The notes below the pieces were generated by a model. The model saw nothing but the letters and a program-made list of their open reading frames with translations. It ran no database searches and was not told the DNA's origin. The position numbers and the translations under genes were made by a program. 64,000 nucleotides of DNA. Source: Phoronis australis (lineage: Eukaryota; Animalia; Phoronida). The first letter of the stretch is position 1; each line of letters opens with the position of its first letter. Shown here piece by piece: positions 49,601 through 61,600 of the stretch. The stretch covers positions 210,888 to 274,887 of the forward strand of contig NMRA01000031.1 of assembly GCA_002633005.1 (NCBI GenBank), read 5' to 3'.

Positions 49601-52600
49601 TAAGCGTGTGTGCTAGAAATATTTTTTGTGTTGTAAGATTTAACTGAAACAATCATTTTTGCAATGCCATGAATATAGTCAAAGTAATGATAAAAAAGAG
49701 ACGCAAAAAGAGGAAACTGGAAATCAAATAAGAGGAAACCAAAATCAAAAAAGAGTAAGTCCTCTTAAAAGAGGAAAATTCCAAGCCCTGTGTACAGTAT
49801 ATGCCAAAAATAACAACAGCCCAAAATCCCTCATCATGACAGTTGAGCCCTTTAAGTAGCTCAAATGAACAGTCATGGTATGGTGGCTCAGGAAGGGGAA
49901 ATGGTATTTTGTAAGATTACAGTTGGCATGTACTGTATCTTACTCAGATTAACATACAATTGATGTCTAAGTTTGTTGACGCTGAGACAATTCTGAATAC
50001 AAGTTGGAATTCACAAACCACTCATTTTATGCATTATGGCAGGAAGTTTAATGTATCTGGTGAAGTTCAATCAGAGGCACATGCATTACTTTTTAGCCCT
50101 TTTGTCAAAGAACAGTAGACGGCAGTCTCGATTTTAACTGCCACATAACTTTATGTTCCGACTGAAATTAGCACAATTCAGATAAGAAACACCTCCAAAG
50201 GATAATCCGAGGCTACGAAAATATCGAAGTTCTGAATGTGCCTAGTTCCATGACTGAACACTAGGTGCCAATACTAGGAGTACCTGATTGTAGACTCACA
50301 TCATGAAGTTTGCTGATAGTCTGGTAGATAAAGATGACTGAGATGAGTATGGAGAAAATCTCCTCTGTGAACCTGGTGACATAACTGATAAGGAAGCTGC
50401 CTTCAAAGGCCACCACCAGGGTGACAATGATACCACACCACAGGCCGATCCAGAAACGCAGTGGAAGAAACTCCCAGTTGTTATCCTTGCAGAACTAGAC
50501 AAAGAAACAAAAAGCAATGCAGACGTTTTAACTTCAATCTTGCAACAGTTCCAGGCTACCATCCTTTTCAATATATTCCATTTCAATTTCAATTTCAATC
50601 AGGCATTGGTGCACTGCCTCATCATTAAGTATACACAGTGATTGTTGGAAAACATTATTTCCATACAAGGATACATAATTGTGCACGCTTGTGCTGTTGT
50701 TGACAAATTTTACCCAAAATGCTTCCTAATCTTTCAGATCGACATAACTATTTGGACGCAGTGTAAAAAAAGAATCAGCATTTATCAGATTGAAATTCTG
50801 AGTACATGACAAACAGGAGGATAGAAGATCAGGACAAATACAAACAAAGGTAAGTTAAAACCAAACAGACATTTAGAAAACAAATCGAGCTCAGTCCAAC
50901 AGGTGATGCTTTAGAAGTTCCAGGAAGGCATCTTTCCACAGAGATTTTGTTATGAGATAAAAAAGCATTGTGACTAAAACTGTTTTCTATCAAAGCAAAT
51001 TAAACGTCCACAAAACGAAGCATCAACAATTGTATACAATAAAACAACTACAGATCACCCTTTCAGGTAGACGGATTAATACGCACCTCAGAGAGCAATG
51101 CCTTCATCGCGGCCAATGCCAAACTTACCTTAGGGATTGGTCCATATTTGTTTATGGCCAATTAACTTGAAATGGTTAAGGGACTTAACAGTGAAGCTTG
51201 GTCCTACCTTGTAAATACTTTCTTCAAAGACAACAATGGGCCCGGTGGCACCCACAATGATCAAAGGCTGAGTGGAAAAGACGGAGAACAACAGTCCACA
51301 GACTGCTGATGACAATATGTGTTCTGGAACTCCAATCAGTTTGTCCGTCTTTTCGCCTGCAATATGGGAGCATGACTACGTAACTAACGGAAACAAATTT
51401 AAGAATTAGTCGCCTACAAAAAATGAAAAATTACTAAATTTTCTTGAGAAATTTCTGCCTTTGCTGACACTTAAAACACAAGAGAACTTTAATTGTTCAA
51501 ACAATACATGTAAATTAACAATGCTTAATGACATATTACACTGCAGTATTCCAACCAGTATGAACCTAAATGTAAACTAATTTAATTATACTGATACTGC
51601 TCCGATTCTTGCGACAAATCAGACAAACAGACAAGTACTAAAAGGATCATCAAATGTTGGCAGACGGTCCAAAATATACAACTGGTTACTTGCCTTATCT
51701 GGAAATTAACAAAAACAGGTGGACTATTTTGATTTACATGAAGACAAACTTAACCAAGCACAAGGCCCAATCAGTTTCCATTTGTTCATTTTTGTTTACA
51801 AAATAGTCCACATTCAAAGGCTTACTACATTGTCAAGAAAGCTGAGAATTTTATCAAACATTGCATGACAGCTGTGCAACGCAAACCCTGATAAGAACAA
51901 TGTATTTTCATCACAGCAACTTCGTTGAAAAGTAGGACAAAGTTGTCATCATCCCCCCAAAGATGTCGCAAAACGTTAAGCACACGGCACGTTTGCATGT
52001 CATGAGCGTACTGTCGACAACGGACTTTTCTATGTTTCAAAAGCCAGAGAATAATGCAAGAAAACAATGCTTACATTACTTTCGACTAGCCCAGATGTAA
52101 TGGGCAATGTGTCACTCGACTACCAGATTTTGCATACATCCCGTCCACTTATTAGCTCTACATGTTGACAAAAGTTTCACTACGAGGCGACAAACAGAAG
52201 TACGTGGGCGTGTGAAATTTTAAGGTTTACACTAAACCCTACGTATCTATATAATATTAAAAATATTCCCAGCAGCCACAAAACGATAGTTTGTGATAAG
52301 TTACAAACAATCTTGTGTACGCATGAATATATTCATTAAACAAAATAAGGCAACCTGCAAATCTTCTATTTACTAAACCATAATTTTGGAACAAAATGAC
52401 ACAGAAAGGCATCTAAAAAAATCCATAAACTCACTCATGAGACCTCCAAAGGTAATGGCTGGTGAGAGAGCACCAAAATAGATGAACACAAACGCCGCAA
52501 AGCACTGTAAATTGAAGGCATCACGAATGTCTGACCAATAGAGGGCGTAGCGATCTGTGATGTCACGTTTTAGTCCACCAAAGCATTTGCCTGTGCGTCT

Positions 52601-55600
52601 CAAAGGGTCACGATATAAATCCACAACTGATCGTCGATATGAACCTAAATAAGATCCATCAAATTGGTGATATATCAAAAGCACAATTTTGTAGCAACAT
52701 CTAGTACATGTCACATTACCACAAACTGAAAACAACAATAATTTATGCAAACCTTAGTTTCCATTGATGAAACATACAGTACAAATAGCCAAGAAAAATA
52801 AGTTCAAGGGCACAGTTCAACGTGCAACAAAACTTTAATCATACAATAAAAATAAATTTGACATCATGGTACAAACATAAATCCACACTGAGTTTCTTGT
52901 TACTTACTTTTTTCATCCATTGATTTTTTGGCTGAAATTAAGCAAACATAAAATGAGAGATTATAACTTATTGATTCAACGACACCTATGCCGCATGCGG
53001 TCATTTAGGATATGTCCAAAATCATAAATCTTTACACCTTAATTGTCAGAAAGGGTGACGGATCAGTTTAACTTCTAGCGTATCACAAAAAGTCCTGTAC
53101 TGACCAGTACTTGAATTTCTCTTTGCATCATCCCTGACATCAAAAGTTGGTTGTGGTACCTAAGTTATTTGATAGGTGTGAAAATACTGTTTCTGATCTG
53201 CGCGATAAAATCACCGAGCGACAGCACATTGAGAACGATGATACAGTTTGCGGACCGTTATCCAGAGTAATCTTGCTCAAAAGAAGATAAGTAATGTCTC
53301 CTAACCGAGACAAGTCGAAAGAGGATATGATCTGAAGTGGGGTTTTAGTGGTATAACTAATGAGTGCCAATGTCCGCTGACACAGCTCAGAAAATTTCTT
53401 GTACGTGCAAAGGACATGCCTGATTTTGATAATTACACCGTAGTAGTACATCAGATACTGGGTGTCAATTGTGACAGCACCTTTATTGGTGAAACTGGCA
53501 CGAAACTCGGGACTCACAATCAGAAACGCGTATCAGTAAGTGACTAGAACAACATTGTAAAATCCTGTCACTTAATTGTAACAGAAGCATAACATGTGTC
53601 CGAAAGGCTTATCACATAAAAAACAAGGTGCCTGCATGAATAGAGACATCGATCAGTATGCTTTGCCAGATATATACAGCGTTGCAGAGCACTACAAGCA
53701 GACAAGACGACCAATAGATGTCCCCATGGCCTATAAGGATGATGTCACACGTCCCACCCACTCACATCATTAGTTTGACAAAGGCTATGGAACCCATAGC
53801 CGAAAATGTTAACTGGTACACAAGTCATTGACTGAGTACGATGAACTTTTCAATCTTACAATTTTAAGCACGAATGGAAGACAATTTTTAACACTACATG
53901 GTTTAAGGAATGCTCATTGTCGAAATACACTCAGAAAGATAAGATTCTTGGAAAAATTCCTCAGTATTAGACATTTTCGCTGAGGGCAAACTATGTTTCA
54001 ACAAGACCTACACAGAGACCCCTTGCGGAGGTTGCTGAGTCAAACTATGTTTCAACAAGACCCACACAGAGGCCCCCTACGGAGGCGCTGGTTCAAACTA
54101 AGTTTCAACAAGACCCAGGTAGAAGACCCCCTCCGGAGGTTGCTGACTCAAACCATGTTTCAGCAAGACTCATATGGAAGCCCCCCTGCGGAGGTTGCTG
54201 GCTCAGACTCACCGTCCTGTCGCTCCTTTTTCAATTTTTTCATCACTGAGGTTTTCTTACGCGCCATGTCAAGAATTGGCAACAGTGTCTTCCTGTCCCA
54301 GTCACCAGGTGGCAGCACCACAGACTCATCAAGGAAAGTGTTGATGGCACACAGCAGATCATATCTGGTTGAGGCATCAATGGCTGCTGTGAGGAATCTC
54401 TGTAGTAGAAACAAGAACAGGTGACATGTTTCACAGGCGTAGTCTGTGTTTGATCTGTTTGCAGTCCTGCTTCAGCCACAACTGTTGTCAACAGAATGCC
54501 TGGTTCCCACTCTTTTCACATTATCAGATTCAAGGACTTTCCAGATACCTTCCATCCCAACTGCAAGCCCTTTTCAAGAACGTTAAAATAGCACATAACC
54601 CCCCTCTCTTCGAAATAAACACGATCGTATATATAAGTCATGTGTTTGAAATTATACTTGGGATTTCTAGAGTACACACAGCCTGTACCAATAGCTGGAT
54701 TTCGGCACTCGACATAAAAGATGCTATTTGGACTTTTTATTTGATATAACTTTTACATCGAGAGTAACAAAACTACACAGAAAATATTCACGACCAAGAA
54801 ATTTTCACAAAATACATTATCAAGTACTTGTTAAGGCCGGCAATCAAATTCAAGTGCTCCTCAAGACTTGTGGGAACCATGGAAAAGTAAGTGGCTATGC
54901 AACAAGGTGGGCACTCAACATAAAGGCTGCAACTTCAGCCCTTTACTGCACCCCTCAATGAAGGGTGCTTGAGCAAGACATTCAACCAGACAATCTTAAG
55001 GTTGTCACTAAGCAGCACGGCCGAGTTTCACTGTCCATTTAAAACCCCAGCAAAATAGTGGTATTCACGGAAATTTCCCCAGTATCATCAGAAATGGAAA
55101 CCAAACCTGATGAACTTCGATTGTACATACTTTCCCAGAAGAAAATCAAATATTAACAGTCAGTTAATTTTTCACATTCATAATCAACAAATTACATAAT
55201 CAGCACAGTCATACAATACTCCACATTATTTGTAATTGACTTATCATCCCGAACATACCATCTGCTGATACAAAATATCCCTATCATTCAACAGCAGTAA
55301 ATCATTGTATTAAGCATGTGCACCTACTTCTGTTGACATCAATGTTGAAATGGACCGTCCAATCTCGTGATAATCGATGGTATTGCCTTCAGGTCCCAAA
55401 AGAATGAAGACGAATCTGACTGGAAGGCCGACTTCTGTGAGGTTGATAAGTTTGGTCGCCTCGGACAATCGCACAAAAGCCACAGCTGGAGTCTGCAGGA
55501 AGGGCACAGCTCCCACTAATACAGCCGTGGCCTCCGAATCCTTGGGGATCCTTTTTAGGATGTCCGAGTCGTGTTGTTCTTCAGCTTCCTTAGACGCTAT

Positions 55601-58600
55601 TGACACCTTGTGCGATAAAGACTTGGACGAGATGAGGTCACCCTGTGGAAAATATTGATTACCCAAACCTATAGCTCATGCATCTCGAAATCTTGAAGCA
55701 CTCAACTGTGGTTAGGTAAGGGTGAGGCTGTCACCAACTGTGATTGGGTCATGGTGAGGCCATAATCCGTATTTCAAGTAGATTGTTTCATTTGCATGTT
55801 AGCCACCAGGCAATGGAATATGGTTGCCCAGGGCAGGATCAGTCACTTAAATTGAAGAAACACTTCCAGGCAGACCCAAACACTGAAGTACAAATTAAAA
55901 TGATTGTGCTTCCAGGATGTTTCCTAGCAACCATAATACATTAAAGTCATTGTAAACTATGTTTGGTGTTAAAAACATCAACTTTCAAACAAGTGTATTC
56001 AATCTACCAAAAGCAACGTCACTGTGTTCTTAACCTTTGTTTAAAATGAATTTGGTTACTACATTAAATTGCTTGAAATTCTCCAAGCCAAGGAACCCCG
56101 AACCCCAGATTTTAACTAACATCAGAGTGTCCAAATCCATCCCACTTAGAGGGCATCTGCAGCCCGCATTTCGTTGTCAAAGTTACAAAAAATGTCCCTC
56201 ATACTGCAGTCTTAAACTAAGCTCATATTTTCCTCAAATAATATGGGTCTTGCTAACAAAAGTGATAGTGATATTAACAAAACTGAGGCAGAAACCAAAC
56301 TTTTTCTACATTTCCAGTGAAAACGGAAGCAGTGCCAATATTATTCTTTTAGTTTTGCCCGAGCTGGATAAGGCCAAGCTCCCTTTAATGAGACATCTTG
56401 TCAAAGGGATGATGAGCCTTTCAGTACAAGCGGACAAACGTTTATCTGTTTTGAATCATGACAAAAGGACGATGTGCCTTTCGGTTCAAACAGACAAACG
56501 TTTATCCGCTTTGAATCGTAACAAAAGCGGACAGGGAAAAAGAGTAATAGACAGTTGTTTCGGTGAGATACTTTGCATGGCAACTATGGAACTAATACTC
56601 CAGACATCAGGCATGCCAGTTATCCTCAAGTCAAACTTACATCAATGCTCTCATTGAGGACACTATTGCTGAAGTTAAATAACAATGTCTTTTTGTTGAC
56701 ATGTGTTCAGAATTGGTAATTGCGCGGGAGTGTTGAATGTTTATAATGGCCACACTCACATTTGCAACATTGAAAGTTTCCATTAATTAAGTTAACTTGA
56801 TAGACATGTATAACGCTAGTTTAAGAGTGTTCATTAAAACAGCAAACAGGCAACACTGCCATGTGTTTAACCAGGTCTATGATCAAAATAGGCTGTTGTC
56901 ACACAACTCAGACGGGTTCATAAAGCTTAGCCAAAATGGTTGCTTGAATTTAATTCTTCTCTCATCCCTCGTCATATAGGACTCTTAAAGAGATTAGTAT
57001 CCAACACCCTGATAAAGCAGGTCAATAAAAAGCTATCAGACAATGTCATACAAACTATTTTGCAACAGCATAAATACATCAGCAATGAAAACTTTGAAGT
57101 GGCTATAATCCCTCACTCCGTCCAAGAAGCCATCTTTTCATTCGGATCAATCACCACCACAAAAATGGTCTCCACTTCTTTCTTACTCAAAAGATAAGTG
57201 ATATTTGGGTTTGTAAAGAATTGGGTTATTTCTTGAGATCATACTCAGTGCATAAAATGACACACTGTGACACGCGCCGTGACACGCAAACTTGTAGAGC
57301 CTGGTCTGAAGCAATAAAGAATTGTAAATTCGTTCCAAACCTTGAAATTACCTCTTATTTGACATAGGAACACGTAAATGCTGTTTCATAGTGAGTGGCT
57401 CGTGCGTGGTATAATTAAGTCTAAGAGGGAAATCTTGGGATTCTCTTAACTTACGTCCACTTCATGTCTTGCGGCAGAGTTCGCACTACTGAGAGGGTCC
57501 AGCAACAGACCAGTCGCCTCCACAATGTCTGGATGGGTGGATGATGCTGCATCACAGGTTGCTGTCGACAACTTGTTCGGGTCCATCACCTGCTTCTCGC
57601 TGTGTCTGCGATCACATAACAACGGTATGAACAAAAATATCTAAGCGTTGAAATTGCAACACGTTTCTGCAGCCATGACCGCCATTCTCAAGCAAGAATT
57701 CAAGTTCTACAAGCCTTGTCGCTAGGTGTAACACATTGGGATATACTGCAAAACCTTGCCAGGACCTTACATTAGAGTACGGCCTTTACTAGGCATGACT
57801 GCATTCTTGAACGTTCCCGGGAAAATGCATTGTTTTGCTTGGCCTTATACAGGTTTTACACTACAATAAGGGGAATCACAAATATTATGAATGGCATAGA
57901 AGCCATGGGCTAATATACCATGAACAGACTATGCAATAAGTAATGGTTTAATGAACAATGTACAGATAATGGCACAGCACAGTCATGGATAGGAAAACAG
58001 TTACTAAAAATTCTTAGTATACGTTTAGGAGACAATAAGGTGGAAATTTGAATTTTATCATAATGTCAAATTCTGAAGAAAAATATTCATGAAGAAAAAT
58101 TTGCAGTAAAGAAGCCAGCATTTGAAAAAACTGTCAATTTTAGCTTTTGCTTTTGTCAAAAAATAAAGAACTGTTATCGTAGTGCGACACCTTCAGGGTT
58201 TTTAGAAATTCTGGAATTGAATACTAAGACACTAGATTGAAAATGATACATGAAGCAACTAATCTGTAGTAATTGCTACAGAATTCTCATGGCTTGCAAC
58301 GACCAATGACAAAAAAGAGGAAAAATTTCCAGGTGATGTATCGTTCCACAAATAAATAGCCATGTGTGACAGAAATATTTTTGTGTTGTAAAATTCAAGT
58401 GAAACAAAGTAAACATTTTTGCATGAATAAAGTGAAAATAATGACAGAAAGAGACGAAAAAAGAGGAAACTGGAAATCACATACGAGGAAAATCGAAACT
58501 AAAAAAAGAGGAAATCCTCCTAAAAGAGGAAAACTCCAAGCCCTGAATTGTCAGCCAGTAGACAATACTTACCTGTGTTTTCCCAGTAGGTTTTGGAGAT

Positions 58601-61600
58601 TGTGATAAGACAAGTTCCTGTGAACAGACCTCCGATTACCATGCCTGAAACAACAAAATTTGAAATGGAAATTGGCATCAAAACTAAGCAAAATGAAGTT
58701 TGATAGTGGCACTGTGTGTAAACAAGCCTGCGAAGAAATCGGAATAAAAATCAAATTTCAATTCATTCGCAAGATATTTTGAACAAAAAGTAGGCATATC
58801 ATTGCACTTTTTGAGGTTATCAACTAGGGTACTTTAAGAAAAATTCACAATTTTTTTGAGTAATTAGCCAAATGTTAGAACCAACATTTACTTTTAAAAG
58901 ATAATTAAAAAACAGTCGAAGAAGAATACCAAGCATTTCCAAAAACGTAACTTAACCTCACAATAACTAAGTGATATTCTTTGCAGTGTCTGCGATTTCT
59001 TGAGCCACAAATAATCTTGACGATCTTGTTGGTAACGAAAACAGAATCCTATCCTGACACGGAATATTATGAGATCATATGAAAGCTAAACACCCAGTTG
59101 GACTAGCTAAGCGGGTTGGAACGCAGCTTTAACTCAAACTGATACAGCAGTAACATAATAATGAAAGCACCTTTACACATTAATTACCAATACTTAATAC
59201 TGTACAGTATGTGGTAAAAATAACTCGTCCTACATAAGCAGAATTCACCTTCACAGTGACATCTCATTACTGTCCTGACACGTCATGATGCGGAGAGAGA
59301 ATACTACACGAGTCCGAGATTTATGACGTGGGCAAAACCTCTTGGAAATTTCGTCAAAATCCCGAGGCTTGCCAAGGGATTTTGACAAAATTTCCAAGAG
59401 GTTTTGCCCACGTCATCAACTTAAGACGAGTGTAGTATTTGTTTTCTCACATGAACCGTAAAAACGATCTTTCTTGCCGGAAAATTCGATGTGTCTAAAA
59501 CTTTGAACCACGACACAACTTTTTTTCAAACACGCTTGCACAATGCAAAGTAATTAAGTTACTTTTTGTTAATAGTTTTATTTTAAACTTAACAATTGTA
59601 AAATCCATTCAGCTTTCGTAGCAAATATTCAAGTTAGAATCTAATAAATAGTCTTTCAAGTTGTAATATTAAAACTTAAAAAATGTTTATAAATAACAGT
59701 CAGCAAGGCTTTCCTGCACATGAGCAGTGAATAGACCTTGAGACAGCACAGCTCAACAGTCAGTCTTACCGCGTTTCTTGAGTTAGGATTCGTCTCCGTT
59801 TGAATGAACTTGGATATAGAACTCACTGCCCAAGATGGGTCCGTTTAAGAAGTTATTTGCATGTCCTTCCGACTGGGAGTGCGTTCAGTTGCGACACCTG
59901 ATTTGTCAAGCATAACTTTGTCACCTTCTCGGAATTCCGGCATTGTTTAGTTGGCGCGCGTGTTTTGCAGACGATAAAATGTAAGGCATATGGATTTCTA
60001 CTTTGCACTACTTTATAATTCGCCCACGTAATATAAAAACAATATGTACTCCGTGTTATTAACCAGTTGTGTCATAACACATTCCAGGTCATGTGAGAAA
60101 AGGAATTTTGCGCAGCATTTTTACGTGCACCGAATAAAACTGAGTAACACGTATTCTTTATGCTCACTTGTGCTTCAGCAACAGAACACTGAGTACTTGT
60201 TCCCTTTCCTCACTGCTAATCTGATCTCTGTGAATCAAATTGTTTACCACCAGGTCCATCAGCGATGGCAGGTCCCTCACCACCACATTGAGTAACACCG
60301 AACCTGAATAAAGCATACGACAGTTACAACGAGTAACACTGTACCTGGATTTTGCAGCAACTTTTAGAGACAAGCTTCACAGGTAAAAAAATGATTGAGG
60401 AAAGTGAGATTGAAAATTCCATTCTTAAGAGGCTATATTCAAATGTTATCATTATGAAGTATCATGGTGCAAGATGACAACAGCTTCAGCAGGGAAAATG
60501 CAAGCAGGCCAGTCACAAATTAAGAAATTAAGAGAGAAATAATTCCAAAACAAGATTTAATTAGGAAAGCATCCTCTGATAGCAGATGCCAAAACATTAT
60601 CAAGACCATACTAAACGTAACACGGAGCGTTGAAATGCGCCCATGGTAGCACAGCAAACGGAAGGCATCTAGGGGTGTTTATAAGGACAATAAAAACGGC
60701 CATCAGATGATGCAGAATACAATGGACTCTTCTGAGAATGGGAAGGCATAGTGATAACTATTTGCTAAATTTCATGAAAATCCTTCAAAGAACTCTGAAG
60801 ATTACCGAGGAAAGTATGAAAAAACAAACTGCCACTATGAGGCGGAGTAATAGTCCGATCCGTCCATCTCCTGTCAAGTTAACAGAAATACCTTTGCCAA
60901 ACTTAAAAAAGATCTTGCAAGAGGTTCAGCAAATACTGCAGCAGATGCAACAAATGTCATTAGGGGGTATAACAGTAGCAGGACCCAATTTAAAATCTCA
61001 GTCATGCTTGCCAGTAGAAACACATCCGCCAATTTTCCTAATGATTCTCAGAAACCTATTTGCCAAATTTCACGAAAATCCATCAAGGAACGAAAAAGAT
61101 ACAGAGGCAAGCATAAAAACCTTAAGTTGCCACTAGGAAGCACAGCAGTAGTCAGATCAGTCTGGAAAATTAATCGCCATCTGTCATCAGCTTCATAGTA
61201 AAACATCTGTCACATCTCATCATGATATGGCAAGGGAATTAGGAAATACAGCAGCAGACGCCTAATGACAGGAAAGAGATGACCGCAACATACATCCACA
61301 TATAAATATGTGGGTGCAAAAAAATGCAGGCCGGAGTATTCAAGTGTCTAAATTTTTCTCATTTTTCTCATGTACATGTATTTCCACAGATAGCCAAGTG
61401 CACACACCTTGTTCTTCACCTTTCCTGATGCCTCTCTTACAAAGAGCTTTTGACGATGACACGATGAGTTGGTGGTACAAGACAGCCGGGTGATTACTGA
61501 GATTATTGGGAGAGCCAACTGGACATCAGTGTCATAAATAACCTACCCCTACTACTGACCTGATGAAAAATTGCTTGATAGACCTTAACATGATTGTCCA

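Noticed and set aside
53105-53133. Possible extra SLC4 micro-exon (cag|GGATGATG...CTG|gtcagt)
   Set aside because: 29 nt long, so it breaks the frame between the flanking phase-1 junctions.
56037-56657. Longest ORF in the track (206 aa, +)
   Set aside because: Non-ATG start, no recognisable motif, includes a local 60-bp duplication, antisense in an SLC4 intron.
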